Source: Leucoraja erinacea (Eukaryota). From it: a stretch of 64,000 nucleotides of DNA. A program made the position numbers and the translations under genes. A model generated the notes under the pieces. The model had not been told where the DNA came from. It searched no databases and was given only the letters and a program-made list of their open reading frames with translations. Within the stretch, counting starts at the first letter, position 1, and every line of letters starts with the position of its first letter. The stretch is from assembly GCF_028641065.1 (NCBI RefSeq), contig NC_073410.1:7378001-7442000 (forward strand). Direction: 5' to 3'. Positions 12,311 to 26,037 of the stretch are shown piece after piece.

Positions 12311-13539
12311 ATAAATTCATAAGTCATAGGAGCAGAATTAGGCCATTCGGCCCATCAAGTCTACGCCACCATTCAAGCATGGCGATCTATCTCTCCCTCT
12401 CAACCCCATTCTCCTGCCTTCTCCCCAATAACCCCGGACACCCGTACTAATCAACAATCTGCCAATTCCTCAATGCCACACTGGGGTTGACCACCGAGAT
12501 GTTTTTGCTGTAGCCTTTACAGTGAGAATATAAACCCATAGGCGGCTTGCCTTGGCCGAGAGAAAGGACCTAAACCTATTTAAACCTTCAACTCAAGGAC
12601 TGATTTATTATGCTCGGCTGACCATTCTGCAAGGATGATTGTAGTATCGGTGCTGAAGAACTTTAAATTCTACAAGATCAAAGCACATAATGCAAAATGG
12701 CCCACAAAACTAGGACATACCAGCTCATCGGCAATGATAAAATTGAAATGTTGCAGACATTTGTAATATTTTGAGCTCTAAACTGGGTCGGTTACTACAA
12801 TTCTTTATTAAGCGGAGTATAATTCAAGTGGAATTTATGCAAGATTTTCTTTCTGCTTAACAACGAACACTGAATTACCTATCCATTCTCTCTCCAAATG
12901 TGTCACTTGATAAATAGTTCACCTGTACCACATTAATACTTGGCACTAATTTTTTACGAAAACAGAGGAGCCAAGTACAGTCAGAACACATCTCCAATAT
13001 ATTGGAGTATTTATTGCTCGGAAAGCAGTGGGGTTTGTAATTATGGCAGATTGCTATCATTTTTGGCTCGCGCTATCCTCAGGAAACAAAGTTGTTGCCA
13101 CAAAATATTAATTTCAACTGCAGTCATGTTATATCATTAGTTTACACAAAGATTGTTTTGTAAGAGATTGGATAAGCCTAATGCAAACAATAATTGTGTG
13201 CGTTCAATTCATTTCATTACCGTTATTTAACTTGCATTAAAAGTAACTCTAAAAAGAAATAACCTTTGTTAAAAATCATTCATGCTATCTTCCCTATTCC
13301 ATCTGCTTAATCCTTTCACAATCATTCATCTGTTAAGCCACAGCCATGGAGTTATAGGTTAGTGCAGCACAGAAACAGGCCCTTCTTCCCATCTTGTCCA
13401 AACTGATCTTTTTGCTCATCTGCTCCAATCCATTTTTTCTCACATTAAGTCCTTGTTTATTCAAGTGCCAATCCCTTTTTTCTCACATTGTCCTTGTTTA
13501 TTCAAGTGTCCATCCAAAAAATTGCGAGCACTCTTGGGC

Positions 13540-13662
13540 ACCCTTCTTCAGACTGGTGTCATCAGTCTGAAGTAGGGTTTCGGCCCGAAACGTTGCCTAT
13601 TTCCTTCGCTCCATAGATGCTGCTGCACCTGCTGAGTTTCTCCAGCATTTTTGTGTACCTTC
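13540..13662 (+). mobile_element. Penelope-tail mini-element (B subfamily) with a short inverted head
   Basis: CCCTTCTTCAGACTG...CAGTCTGAAGTAGGGTTTCGGCCCGAAACGTTGCCTATTTCCTTCGCTCCATAG. Confidence 0.8.
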
Positions 13663-14075
13663 TAACATATAACGAGCGTTTGATGGCACTGAACCTGTAC
13701 TCGCTGGAGTTTAGAAAAATGAGGGGGGACCTCATTGAAACGTACCGAATAGTGAAAGGCTTGGATAGAGTGGATGTGAAGAGGATGGTTCCACTAGTGG
13801 GAGAGTCAAGGTCATACCTCAGAATTATAGGATGTTCCTTTAGGAAGGAGATGAGGAGAAATCTTTTTAGTCAGAGGGTGGTGAATCTGTGGAATTCCTT
13901 GCCACAGAAGGTTGTGGAGGCCAAGTCAATGGATATTTTTAAGGCAGAGATAGATAGATTCTTGATTAGTACGGGTGTCAGGCGTTGTGGGGAGAAGGCA
14001 GGAGAATGGGATTAGGAGGGAGAGGTAGATCAGCCATGATTGAATGGCGGAGCAGAGTTGATCAGCCGAATAGCT
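13663..14075 (+). mobile_element. CR1 LINE ORF2 C-terminus and tail
   Basis: [36 protein letters not shown]...FSQRVVNLWNSLPQKVVEA. Confidence 0.9.
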
Positions 14076-14640
14076 ATCACATGACATGACCCAATACTTT
14101 TTAAATGTAGCGATTGTATCCGATTCCTCACCTCCTCTGACAGTCCCAGAGAGCATTCATTTTCTGTACAAGAAATGATCCTCTCAATTCTCCTTTAAAA
14201 TTCCTTCATCTCACTTTTAAACATAGCTTTTGATATCCCTACCATCGGACAAAGTTGCTAAAACTCATAATTTATACACCTCAGGTCCCTCCTCAGCCTC
14301 CTTTACGCCAGGTACAATAAGCCCAGTCTATCCAATCTCTCCTGAACTAAAGTCCTCTAATCCAAGTAACCTCGTGTCGAGACCCTTCTTCAGACTCTTG
14401 AATCTCTCTACTCGACAGCACAGTGAGAGTACCTTCACTCAAAGATTCCCAGGGCTGAACTCCACCACTTTCTCCAAGGCCATCAAGGAGAGACAATAGA
14501 TGCCGATTTGCCAGCAAGACACAGATTCAGAAGATGATATTAAAAAAGGTTTGGAGGTTTTTGCCAAAGGTCTCAATTCAGGCTCCCTTGATACATTTTC
14601 TTATCACATGGCAACAAACCTGATCTATGTGATGTCCACT

Positions 14641-14771
14641 GGGTTGGGAGACTGCAACCTTCACGTGGTCCACCCTGTTTCGACGAATGCAATCAACCCG
14701 GCGTGCACAATCAAATAGAACAAGTTGTCCGGCAACGAAAGGCTGTGCATGCCATACGCAAGAAGAAGAAG
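14641..14771 (+). mobile_element. Short retroposon 3' end with (AAG)n tail, family uncertain
   Basis: CpG-containing segment ending CATACGCAAGAAGAAGAAG. Confidence 0.35.
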
Positions 14772-15994
14772 TAATCCCCGCTTAAAGTTTAACACGTTTA
14801 ACATCAGTGCCATTGGAAATGTACACTTCATTTACTCTGAGTGTAAGAGATCTGTCCCGAGGCGTGGTACATATTGATTTTGTGAGGGTGGCTGGACATC
14901 TATTCACGCCAAAGCTCCATTGGTAAGAGGTTCTCTTAATTGCTGTGAATTTGCAGCAGGGATAGTGAAGGGGCCATTAGCACCTTCTGTTCTGACGCAG
15001 GAAATCTGACAACAGCTTCTGGAGATCACACATGCACAGTCACTCATGAAAATTCAGGACTTGTCAGTAAACCGACAAGATTGTCATCAATTTACAAATT
15101 ACTTCGTAAAAGGAAAATGTGAAAATGATGTACATTGACTCATGGAGTGTTCTTAATGGGGTGACAGAAATAATTTATTTTGGCCTGAATTGATAATTTT
15201 AGATGTATGAGATAAATTCTTTAAAATATATATTTAAGATTTCACATAATTTCCCAAAACAGAGTTTTTAATCTGACTATCTTTGATCGGACTTTACTGG
15301 CTTCAACTTCCACTAAACGTTATTCCCTTATGTATCTATACAGTACACTGTAAATGGCTCGATTGTAATCATGTACAGTCTTGACGCTGACAAACTAGCA
15401 TGCAACAAAACCTTTTCACTCCTCAGTACACGTGACAATAAACTAAACTAAACCAAACTAAACTGATAGTGATTTTATTTTATTTTTTAATTTGTGAAAG
15501 GTTGTTCGTGAAATATACACTTAAGAAAATATAACCATAATCTATCTTAATCTCAGGGGCCTGTCCCAGTTTTATTTTGGTGGCAGTGAAAGATACTTTA
15601 AGAGTTTGTTACAACCACTGAACTGTTCTTGCTAGTTTGTTCTCTGGAAGTTTTCTGCAGCGTGATGAATATCTGAAGGCAATAACAGGAAAGCCAACAT
15701 CACCTGAGATCAGTGGATTTTTGTGGCGAGCTGCATATGAGGTCTACATCAAGAGCTATTGCTTCATTGCCGCCAGCCTCTTCATTGGAGACCCTTAGAC
15801 TCTCTTTATATCGGACGTTTCTTGCACTAAACGCTATTCCCTTCTCCTGCATCTGTACACTGTGGACGGCTTGATTGTCATGTGCAATGAATTGAGTTTG
15901 AGTTTCAGTTTATTGTCACGTGTACCGAGCTACAGTGAAAAGCTTTTATTGCGTGCCAACCAGTCAGCAGAAAGACAATACATGATTACAATTG

Positions 15995-16160
15995 AAGAAG
16001 TACGCAAAACGCTGGAGTAATTCAGCGGGTCAGGCAGCATCTCTGGAGGAAAGGAATAGGTGACGTTTTGGGTCGAGATTCTTCTTCAGACACTGAAGAT
16101 GGGTTTTGACCCGAAACGTCACCTGTTCCTTTTATTCAGAGATGCTGCCTGACCCACTTG
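15995..16160. mobile_element. Fold-back Penelope-tail element
   Basis: Head-to-head copies joined at CTTCTTCAGACACTGAAGATGGG (16081-16103). Confidence 0.8.
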
Positions 16161-16827
16161 ATTGTAATCATGTATTGTATTTTTCGTTGACTGGATAGCA
16201 CACAACACAAAAAAACAAAAGCTTTTAAACTGATAGTAATAACATAAATTAAATTTTAAAAGTGACATGAACCTGCAAGTTGATCATAGTGGTGGAAGGA
16301 CACTTCTCACTTTAGGCCAACTCCAAATCTAAAGACAACAGCAGACAGCAGCACAGCTACACATTTAGGTTTGGTCTTGCAACCTCTACCACCAAGGACA
16401 AGGGCAGAAGGGGCATAGTCGCACCACCATCCACAGTTTCCCCTCCAAGTCACATAAGGATTTGGAAATCTTGGATAGACACAAAAAACTGGAGTTAGTC
16501 AGTGGGTCAGGCAGCAATAATGTCACAATAAGAAACTAAACTAAATTAAGACAATGACTATTATTTCGAGCAAAACCATTCACTTCCAATGTTCTTTGTA
16601 GGAGTCGGACACTTGTTGGAATTGTGGTCCAAAGCATGATCCAAAGGAAACTAGACAGCATTGTCTATAAATGTATAACAAGATTCAATAATTGCTCCAC
16701 ATGGAGCAGAATTGTTATTTCTTTGCATTGAACTTCATTGCTGGTTTCCCAAGGCAACACAAAACCCCTGTTAAAAATTTAGGTTTAAGGGGTTTAATTA
16801 TGGAAAAGGGAAAGGTGGGAAAGGTTA

Positions 16828-17372
16828 ACATAGAAACATAGACATTAGGTGCAGGAGTAGGCCATTCGGCCCTTCGAGCCTGCACTGCCATTCAATATGA
16901 TCATGGCTGATTATCCAACTCAGTATCCCATCCCTGCCTTCTCTCCATACCCCCTGATCCCTTTAGCCACAAGGGCCACATCTAACTCCCTCTTAAATAT
17001 AGTCAATGAATATAGCCACAGAAGCCAACTACCTTCTGTGGCAGAGAATTCCACAGATTCACCACTCTCTGTGTAAAAAAATTTTTTCTCATCTCGGTCC
17101 TAAAAGACTTCCCTCTTATCCTTAAACTGTGACCCCTATTTCTGGACTTCCCCAACATTGGGAATAATCTTCCTGCGTCTAGCCTGTCCAACCCCTTAAG
17201 AATTTTGTAAGTTTATATAAGATCCCCCCTCAATTTTCTAAATTCTAGCAAGTACAAGCCGAGTCTATCCAGTCTTTCTTCATATGAAAGTCCTGCCATC
17301 CCAGGAATCAGTCTGGTGAACCTTCTCTGTACTCACTCTATGGCAAGAATGTCTTTCCTCAGATTAGAAGAC
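16828..17372 (-). mobile_element. CR1 LINE 3' fragment
   Basis: [54 protein letters not shown]; (ATGTTTCT)n tail. Confidence 0.9.
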
Positions 17373-17399
17373 CCATTAAGGGGAACATACTCAGAGTTC

Positions 17400-17720
17400 A
17401 CACTCTTTCCCACTGAAGGATAGTGGAGCAATTAAAATCAGTTATGATGAAGAAGTAACAATCAAAATCTTATAGGTTAGGACAAGGTCACAGTGAAAGA
17501 AAGGGATGGAGCAGAGGAGGAGAATTTGCTAATTCAGCTCCAAGAACCAGAATTGGCAAGTCTGGGACCGACTGCTATGTTGATTATGTGCAGAAGAGTT
17601 TTGGATGACTTCAGCTGACAGAAAATATAAGGGGGGTTGCCAGACTGAGCATTATGATGAGAGGTAGCAAAGGCGTGAATAAGGGCTTCAGGAATGATCA
17701 GAGACGCTCGCTCTGTGTAA
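17400..17720 (-). mobile_element. Old L2-like LINE relic
   Basis: Decayed peptide EALIHAFATS resembles L2 ORF2 ETLIHAFVTSRLDY. Confidence 0.5.
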
Positions 17721-18276
17721 TGCATGTGGAACATGAAACGCTTCCAAAGTTCTGCAGCGGAGTTTTGTTTCCAAGCCAAGAATTATTAATTGGAACTGTC
17801 CAATTTCCATTGCTCATCAGTGAGCTGTGTGGCAGCTTCCCCATCAGTATGAAACTAGTGAGCATCTGTAGACCCCGTGAGCAAGGGAAGTACATTGTTT
17901 GCACTTCAGCTGATGGTGGCAACAAATGTGTTACATATTGAACGTGGATGACAGCCTGACATTCCCATCTGGAAACAGGTAATGAGGGATACAGCTATGC
18001 TGGACTAGGAACAATCCATTGTGCTTGGTCACCGGAGTGTGCTTAATTTACCTGTACAAGTCATTGGTATTAAATGAAGTGCGATGTGGATTCTCTATAG
18101 TAACCAACTATTATGTGTGTTCTTATTTGTAAATCAGCATACAGCATTGTAAATGCACACCCTTCATGAGATTCAGTCCTTCATCCCGAAGAAGACTCTC
18201 GACCCGAAAGGTCACCCATTCCTTCTCGCCAGATATGCTGCCTGGCCCGCTGAGTGACTCCAGCATTTTATGTCTC

Positions 18277-18638
18277 AAGGGGTTGGACAGGCTAGATGCA
18301 GGAAGATTGTTTCCGATGTTGGGGAAGTCCAGAACAAGGGGGTCACAGTTTAAGGATAAGGGGGAAATCTTTTAGGACCGAGATGAGGAAAACATTTTTC
18401 ACACAGAGAGTGGTGAATCTCTGGAATTCTCTGCCACAGAAGGTAGTCGAGGCCAGTTTGTTGGCTATATTTAAGAGGGAGTTAGATGTGGCCCTTGTGG
18501 CTAAAGGGATCAGGGGGTATGGAGAGAAGGCAGGTACAGGATACTGAATTGGATGATCAGCCATGATCATATTGAATGGCGGTGCAGGCTCGAAGGGCCG
18601 AATGGCCTACTCCTGCACCTATTTTCTATGTTTCTATG
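18277..18638 (+). mobile_element. CR1 LINE 3' end, inserted among Penelope-tail copies
   Basis: [20 protein letters not shown]...FKRELDVALVAKGIRGYGEKAGTGY*, tail TTTCTATGTTTCTATG. Confidence 0.9.
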
Positions 18639-18915
18639 TGTCTCTATTCTATCTGACTCACTGAGTGACTCCAGCTCTTGGTGACTATCTTCGGTTTAAA
18701 CAAGCATCTGCAGTTACTTCGAGCGTGGTCTTCAATGTTAATTGAGCTGAAAGATGTTTTCCATTTGACAATATGTTAAATAAAAGCCCATTTACCTTCA
18801 TAAAAGATTCCCCGTGGTGCTATCTGGTGCAGCAAACAGTTAGTTCTTTTCCAAAAGACAGGCTAATTGGTCATAATGATAATTGGAAGGTTTTATTTTT
18901 TCCTGAGTTGGAATA

Positions 18916-19088
18916 TCTGTAAGAGTTTAATGGAACTGCAGATGCATTGAACAATGTGGAGAAACAGCAAATCTATAGCGAAGGTGATAATGGTGCACAT
19001 GACAATGGTTTCTGTAAGAGTTAATGTGCACCATTGAACAATGTGGTCACACAAATAGCAATGTGATAATGGCCACATACAATGTTTT
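18916..19088. repeat. Diverged two-unit tandem duplication (~95 + ~78 bp)
   Basis: Both units read TCTGTAAGAGTT(T)AATG...CATTGAACAATGTGG...GTGATAATGG...CACAT(G)ACAATG. Confidence 0.75.
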
Positions 19089-19269
19089 TGCTTATGGATA
19101 CATATTGGCAGTACAATGGGAATTATGTTTGGGAGAACATGGATAGATTACATTTTGGGTCGGGATTCTTCTATAGTTTCGGGTCTGAAGAAGGGTCCTG
19201 ACCCGAAACGCTGCTTGACCCACAGAGTTATTTCACTTTGTGGCCTTTTGTGTGAACCACTTGTTTCTA

Positions 19270-19460
19270 CTGGGAATACTTCCTGGTTATTTAAAATGTA
19301 GTGGAGGATCTTTGGTGACTATTTGAGAAGAGAGTATTTCAACAGAAAGACCGCACCTCCAACAGTTATATGTTCCTTCACACCGAATAGCCCCTCGTGA
19401 ATTTCCTCATCACTCCAGGATTGGTATTTGAACCCAAAAACATCTGATGCTATGGTGAGC
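19270..19460 (-). mobile_element. Ancient DeuSINE relic
   Basis: GAAAGACCGCACCTCCAACAG and TTTGAACCCA...TCTGA match the reverse SacSINE1-like head. Confidence 0.45.
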
Positions 19461-19654
19461 AATCTCCCTTCTTCTTCTTCTCATGTTGTCAACTCTGGCT
19501 GTTTGGCTTCTCAGGAGATTGACGGGGCTAATTTGGGAGCTGCTGACTCTTCCATTACCAGGGCAGGAAGTGCTTGACAGAATGGGTGTATGGACCGTCT
19601 GTGAAGCACTGGGCTCCTTCCCCCCTTCACACAGGGCTGCAGTTTGCTTCTCTT

Positions 19655-19680
19655 CCCCCCCCCCCCCCCCCCCCCCCCCC
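19655..19680. repeat. Poly-C run (26 nt)
   Basis: Direct; lies in a decayed Penelope pyrimidine-rich 3' region. Confidence 0.9.
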
Positions 19681-20776
19681 ACCCCTCTTCATCTTCCCAA
19701 CCCCACCCCATCTTTGTCTGAAGATCTTCCGATGCAAAATGTCAACTATTCATTCCTTCCACGGATGATGCCCGACCCACTGATTGCCTCCAACACTTTG
19801 TTCTTTGCTCAACGTGCCCTATTATTTTACATTCAGTTGATGCATACAAGAACATGTTAGTAGACATGTCTGTTTACAAAGCTGTCCTTTTAATATTAGA
19901 TTTATTACTCCTTGCAATGCATATTAGAACAGGTTTTCTGAAGAACAGTTCTTGTTCAAATTAGTATCTACACCTGAATAATCCTGAATAATCTTGAACG
20001 TACCCAAATTCAAAGACCGTCATTCATACTCCCATCCAATTGATAGGGTCAAAGGATTTGAAAGAAAAGCCATCTATAATGACTGGAGCTGCTTCTTGCA
20101 TCGTTCCCAGAGCTGTGCAATGAAGATCATGTCCACGTTACCTCTAGACGGATGGAATCTGCACTGAAATTTCATAGATTTCCATGTTTGCTTTTGTCAT
20201 GTGGCCCCATCAAGGCTATGCCAGCTCCCAGAGCAATCCCAATTCCCCACTAATTATTTCAGACAGGAAATGGTGCAAGGGCGATGAGCAGTGAAGAGTG
20301 AAAGCAAGGAAGGACGTTCCTGTTCATTCATCAGTAACAAGCCCATAGACCATTGGTAGCATTTCCACATCGCAAGCAGAAGGTGCAGAGTTCCAGCCAG
20401 TGTGAGTCTGGAATTGCCGTTCAATATTCTGGCTGCCATCCAGCCACAGTGGGCTTCCACTCACTGCATTCTTTTTAAACGTTTTTCCACAGGATTAGGC
20501 TGTTTCTGGTAAGGCCTCAGTCAAGGTCAACATTTAGTGCCTGTCAAGAAATGGTGACAAACAATGCACCTACAATGCATTTCATTGTCTCTGTACTGTA
20601 CACTGACAATGACAATTAAAATTGAATCTGTCAAGTTGCTTGAGAATCACCCCATTATTCCTGCCCTTGAGTCACTGTAAGGATGGCAGATTCCCTTTCC
20701 CACAGGACCTCATGCATATCCAGTATTTTATGCTCCCCATTATTAATACAATTTTATTAATAAATTATTAATACAG

Positions 20777-21055
20777 GTGGCGTAGTGGTAGAGCTAATGC
20801 CTTATAGCGCCAGAGACCCGGGTTCGATCCTGACTACGGGTGCTGTCTGTACGGAGTTTGTACTTTCTTCCTGTGACCTGCGTGGGGTTTTTCCAGGATC
20901 CCCGACGCTCCAAAGGCATACAGGTTTGTAGGTTAATTGGCTTGGTACAAATGTAAAACGTGTTCCTCATGTTAATTTGCGTTGATCGATGGTCTGTGGA
21001 GACTCGTTGGGTTGAAAGGCCTGTTTCCGCACTGCATCTTTAAACTAAACTAAAT
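20777..21055 (+). mobile_element. HE1-like V-SINE
   Basis: A box GTGGCGTAGTGG, B box GGTTCGATCC, V domain, TAAAC tail. Confidence 0.85.
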
Positions 21056-21417
21056 AAGCTCTTCGTTACAGATTTATTTTATAATTCTTAATTGTTGTGA
21101 TGGAATTTGAGCTCATGACTATATCTCTAAGCTAAATTAAATTAAGACTTCAAATCATTAATCCAGAAATATGAATCATGGTGCCCTGGCATAATAATAA
21201 ACTATTAGGTCACGTTGTGGGCATTTATATTATAAGAGACTCTCACAGCCTCCTGCACCTCACTGACCACATTGAAATGGTGACAAACAAGGAAGGAACA
21301 TTGACCAGGATGGTCCAAGGGTCTCCAATGAGTTAGATCAGGACTGCTATTTATTTGTTGATAGGATGGTTCAGTTGCCTGATAAAAGCTGGGGAGAAAC
21401 TGTCACCGAATCTAGAG

Positions 21418-21550
21418 GTGCAGGAAGGAACCGCAGATGCCCGTTTAAATCATAGATAGACACAAAAAGTTGCAGTAACTCAACGGGTTGGATAGCATCT
21501 CTGGAGAGAAGGAATAGGTGACGTTTCGGGTCGAGACCCTTCTTCAGACT
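21418..21550 (-). mobile_element. Penelope-tail mini-element (A subfamily)
   Basis: Starts at the hammerhead core and ends ...CATCTGCGGTTCCTTCC on the minus strand. Confidence 0.8.
21520..21547 (-). ncRNA. Minimal hammerhead ribozyme motif
   Basis: Minus strand CUGAAGAA-GGGU(CUCG)ACCC-GAAACGUC followed by AC, which can pair with the upstream GU. Confidence 0.7.
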
Positions 21551-21659
21551 CTAGAGTTGAGTGTTTTCAAAATTCTGTACCTCTTGCCTGGTGGGAGAGG
21601 GGAGGAGAGATGAATGTAATTGACAACATATTAAATGCACAAGTTTAGAAGACCCTAGA

Positions 21660-21925
21660 TGAGTTGAAAAAAATGTCAAGGTCATGTTGACTCGCCGAAG
21701 TAAAAGACGGTCTACCACCCCCTATGACTATGTCTACGACACTCATATGGTAGGAATGATAGGTCTTCCACACCTATGACCAACTACGACTAGCTACGAG
21801 TGGAAAATGATAAAATGATGACATGTTTGCATATTTTTTCTCGGGCCAGTTACCGACCTACGATGACCATCACGACCGACTACGACCTACGTACAAGTAA
21901 AAAGTATCGATTTTTCCATGCCGAC

Positions 21926-21956
<31 letters not shown>

Positions 21957-22138
21957 GGTGGGAATTTTTTATCAGGCTGGAAAAAACGGCGCGACCACAA
22001 GTACGCAGAGACCACTCACGAGCACGAGGAAGCGTTACGAAGACCTCCTACGACCGCATGCTGACCATGCTGCGAGTACGAGTCAAGGGCAAACTCGGCA
22101 GAGGCCGCCAATTAGATCGTGAAAGTGGGACAGGGGCT
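21660..22138. mobile_element. Harbinger-type MITE, one end missing
   Basis: Right TIR AAGTGGGACAGGGGCT + TAA; internal CTACGAC-like repeats; homologous to 6985-7210. Confidence 0.65.
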
Positions 22139-23224
22139 TAAGTCTGAAGAGAAGTGAAATACATGGCGGCAACTAAACAGCAGTGCATGCAACAACGACA
22201 AGGAAGAAAAGTTTGAGCAGCAGAAAGTCTGAGTGAAGTCAGGCGATCTGATTCTCAGCTGAGCTTTTGATCTCTGTATCATCTTTAGGGCCAGGGTTGT
22301 ACTTTTCCCCACAAAAGGAATGACCAATTGATTTGGACACCCAGAGACTGCTGGCGCCCTGCATCAGGAATAAAAGAGCAGTGAAGCCAGCAGCGACAAG
22401 CACATAGATCAGAAATTGCAACACTTTTGTTTGGGGCTTTGAAGCCGACCTCCCTGCTTCTCCATGAAGTAGCTGTCTGCACTCACCCGGGAGAGAAAGA
22501 CACAAGGAAGAAAAAAAAAACTGATGCATTCATTCGAATGAAATACAAGTAGAGTCTTTCGCAGAGACATTGCCCTGCGTGGAACAAGCCCTCTCTGCTG
22601 CAGAATGGTAGGAAAGGACAATGCCAACCCACCTACAACCAGAAAGCCATCATGAGCTGCTCTCTACCTCATTGGAGACCCCATTAGAATTCGCAACAGT
22701 GTAGCACAACAGCCCCACAGACAACACAAGCAATGCTCTGGAGGCAGTGCAAGCATCTAATTTATGTTGATATCAGTTATTCCAAAAGAGCCACAATTTA
22801 AGGATAATAAATAGGAAAGCTTAGTGAGAGATTTTAAGCAATACTGAGAATAATTACAGTGAATACCAGGCTAGCCAGTGAAGCTATTTGGTCCATGGGA
22901 GATTTCGACAAAGGGTCTTGTTGATGGTTGTTCTATGCTACTTAATGGAGGCATTGCCTTTATACTGACCTCCAGAGCATTGCATATTCCATCATTAGTT
23001 AGATGTGGCCCTTGTGGCTAATGGGATCAGGGGTCATGGAGAGAAGGCAGGTACAGGATACCGAGTTGGATGATCAGCCATGATCATATTGAATGGCGGT
23101 GCAGGCTCGAAGGGCCGAATGGCCTACTCCAGCACCTATTTTCTATGTTTCTATTACCCTCGTCCTCGAGGCAACAGAGAATTATTATCTGCGCTGTGTA
23201 AGAAGGAACTACAGTTTAGTGGAT

Positions 23225-23535
23225 TAGTTTAGTATAGTTAGTTTAGTTTGAGATACAGCACAGAAACAGGCCCTTTAGCCCACCGAGTCTGCACCGACCA
23301 GTGATCCCTGCACATTAACACTATCCTACACACACTAAGGACAATTTATCTTAACACCAAGCCAATTAACCTACATACTGTCTGTCTTGAGTGTGGGAGG
23401 AAACCGAAGATCTCTGAGAAAAGCCACGCAGTACATAGGGAGAACATACAAACTCTGTACAGACTGCACCCGTAGTTGGGATTGAACCCGGGTCTCTGGC
23501 GCTGTAAGCTCTACCGCTACACGACCGTGCCGCCC
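23225..23535 (-). mobile_element. HE1-like V-SINE
   Basis: Full reverse SINE with (GTTTA)n tail. Confidence 0.85.
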
Positions 23536-23539
23536 ACTG

Positions 23540-23702
23540 GAGATAGACACAAAATGCTGGAGTAACTCAGCAGGTCAGGCAGCATCTCTGGAGTAAAGGA
23601 ATGGGTGATTTGTGGGGTCGAGACCCGAAACATCGCCTATTCCTTTTTTCCAGAGATGCTGCCTGGCCCTCTGCATTACTCCAGCATTTAGTCTCTATCT
23701 AC
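23540..23702. mobile_element. Fold-back Penelope-tail element
   Basis: Inverted arms joined at GGGGTCGAGACCCGAAAC (stem II). Confidence 0.8.
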
Positions 23703-26037
23703 ACTCTGTGTCTTCCCCTTTGTTCTACCTATTGTACTAGTTTGACGCGATTTGATCAATATAGTATCTGTTCCTTATGTGTCCTGATTGGATAGCATGA
23801 AAAAAAACTTTTCACTGTACCTCGGTACAAATGACACTAACAAACCCTAAAGCCTCGTTACTACAGATTTATTGCAATATATTGGTAGCAACTATAGGAC
23901 AAATAATCGTAATTTGCAGTCTTTAATTGCAGTGGTATTATTTGCCGTTTGCTAATTATGACAAACTTGGCCACTACCTGCGTTGTGAATCTGCCAAATT
24001 CACAAGAACAGAATGCAGCAGTAGGATTGGAACTAAAAATAATTATTGTAATGGCTTCTCTGGAGATCTTATTGCCAAAATCAGTTGGTTAAAGACCAGC
24101 CATTTCAACATTACTTATCCCCCTGTGAACTTTTCATATCTCTGTCCTCTACTAATTCTAGCACTTCCTACATGATCAGTGATGGATGACCCTTCAGCTT
24201 CCTGGATAGCAAAGGGAGACACAAAATGCTGGAGTAACATCAGGCCAGGCAGCATCTCCGGAGAGATGTAATTGGTGAGGTTTTGGGTCGTGACCCTTCT
24301 TCAGACAGAATCAGGGGAGAGGGAGTCCAGAGATATGGAAGGGTAAGGTGTGAAGATGACAGAGAGAACCAGGACAAATCAGAGGGGGAGCAGCGTGAGA
24401 GGGTGGCGCAGAACCCTTGTTGGAGAGAGGGGAAGAACTTCTTCAAAGTAGGCGTACCCTGCGGAGGTTTCCCAGTGGAGCAACCAAGCTCTAGACTGTT
24501 TAGTAGTGCAGATGCCGAAAATCTGAAATAAAACTCTGGAAATACACAGCAGGCCACGCAAAGAGAGAGAGGGAGAGGGAGAGAAAGAAATGGGGGGGAG
24601 AGAGAGAGATGGAGAGAGCCACCTAATCTGACAGTCAGTCTCATAACAGCCACAGGCCCTTTGGCCCAACTTTGACTATTGTATTTTGATTTTTTTTTCC
24701 CCCAACTTTGGACGTTAATAATACAAAATGGTGTCAGGTTTGTGGCAACTCTTGTGTACTCTCAATGGTATCTGCTATTCCTGCATGCTTGTTCTTAAGA
24801 ATGATTGTGCATATTCATAACAAGATTTACTAAACTATATGCAAAAAAAAGAATTTCACTGTACCCCCAGTACATGAGATGAAAGTACCATTGAACCATT
24901 AAAAATCAGGATATTTAAGCTATTGCAATGGGCTCTTTCTATTGTCTGAACCAGGTCATTGTGCACATTGATATCTGCATTCAAAGGGAATTCAGAATAA
25001 GGTCAACATGCCAAATCCAGCACCAGCCCCTATATAGAGATGGTCAAAAGAATGATCAAAACATTATGTTTTAAGGAGCATTGGAAATGGCTAAGGATAT
25101 ACACAAAAAAGCTGGAGTAACTTAGCGGGACAGGGATAATGTCAGAGAGAAGGACTGGATGACATTTCGGGTTGAGACCATTCTTTTTGTGTCTATCTTC
25201 GGTTTAAGCCAGCATCTGCAGTTCCTTCCTAACCATTGGAAATAGCTGGACATAAGGAGGGAAAAAGAGAGATTTATGGAGAGAAGTTGAAAGTTTGGAG
25301 CTGAGAGTTTAGTTTATGGGTCATGTCTACTGAGGTTCAGTGGAAGTCATTTGTTGCGTGCTAACCAGTCAGCGGGAATGACTATACATGATTACAATCG
25401 AGCCGTCCACAGTGTACAGATACATGATAAAGGGAATGATGTTTAGTGCAAGGTAAAATCCAGTAAAGTTCATTTGAAGAGTGTCCGAGCGTCTCCAGTG
25501 AGGTAGATAGTAGCTCTCTAGTTGTTGATAGGATGGTTCAGTTACCCGATAGCGGGGAGGAAACTATGCACACAATGACAAAGAAAAGGCAACCAGGAGG
25601 ATGCAAGAATAATGTAATAACTTGCACAATGATTTATACCTCTATCATTAGCTGCATAACTATGTACAAAACTGTCTGGAAAACACATTTCTGGATCTTC
25701 AGAATGGGTAATAATTACATCATAGCCTCCCAAAAGAAAGCATGTAAAGACCAGATACACTGCAAGATAAGGACATTAGCCCAAGGCACTTGTTGCGATC
25801 AAAGATAGCCAATCTGCCCCGTGGCACGATGTCTCATCAGAGTAACTTATGATTATGGCACTCCATAGGAATGTGACATTCTGTCGTTAATATTATCTGC
25901 AGGATTGGGCCAGAATCAACAGAACTCTTCACTTGCACGCGACATGAACAAGCCCGACTTAATAGCACATGCAGAGCATGTGAAGGGCAAGGTCGCCTCT
26001 GAATCGTTGAACTCTGCTCCACAAGCCCAGTGCACTA

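Noticed and set aside
15555-15572. Additional Harbinger TIR (GGGGCCTGTCCCAG)
   Set aside because: Diverges after the core and has no partner end or TAA flank
19410-19860. Poly-Pro/poly-Gly ORFs (also 57155-57349)
   Set aside because: Produced by poly-C homopolymers
20777-20850. tRNA genes at GGTTCGATCC motifs
   Set aside because: These are tRNA-derived SINE heads that continue into the V domain and LINE tail
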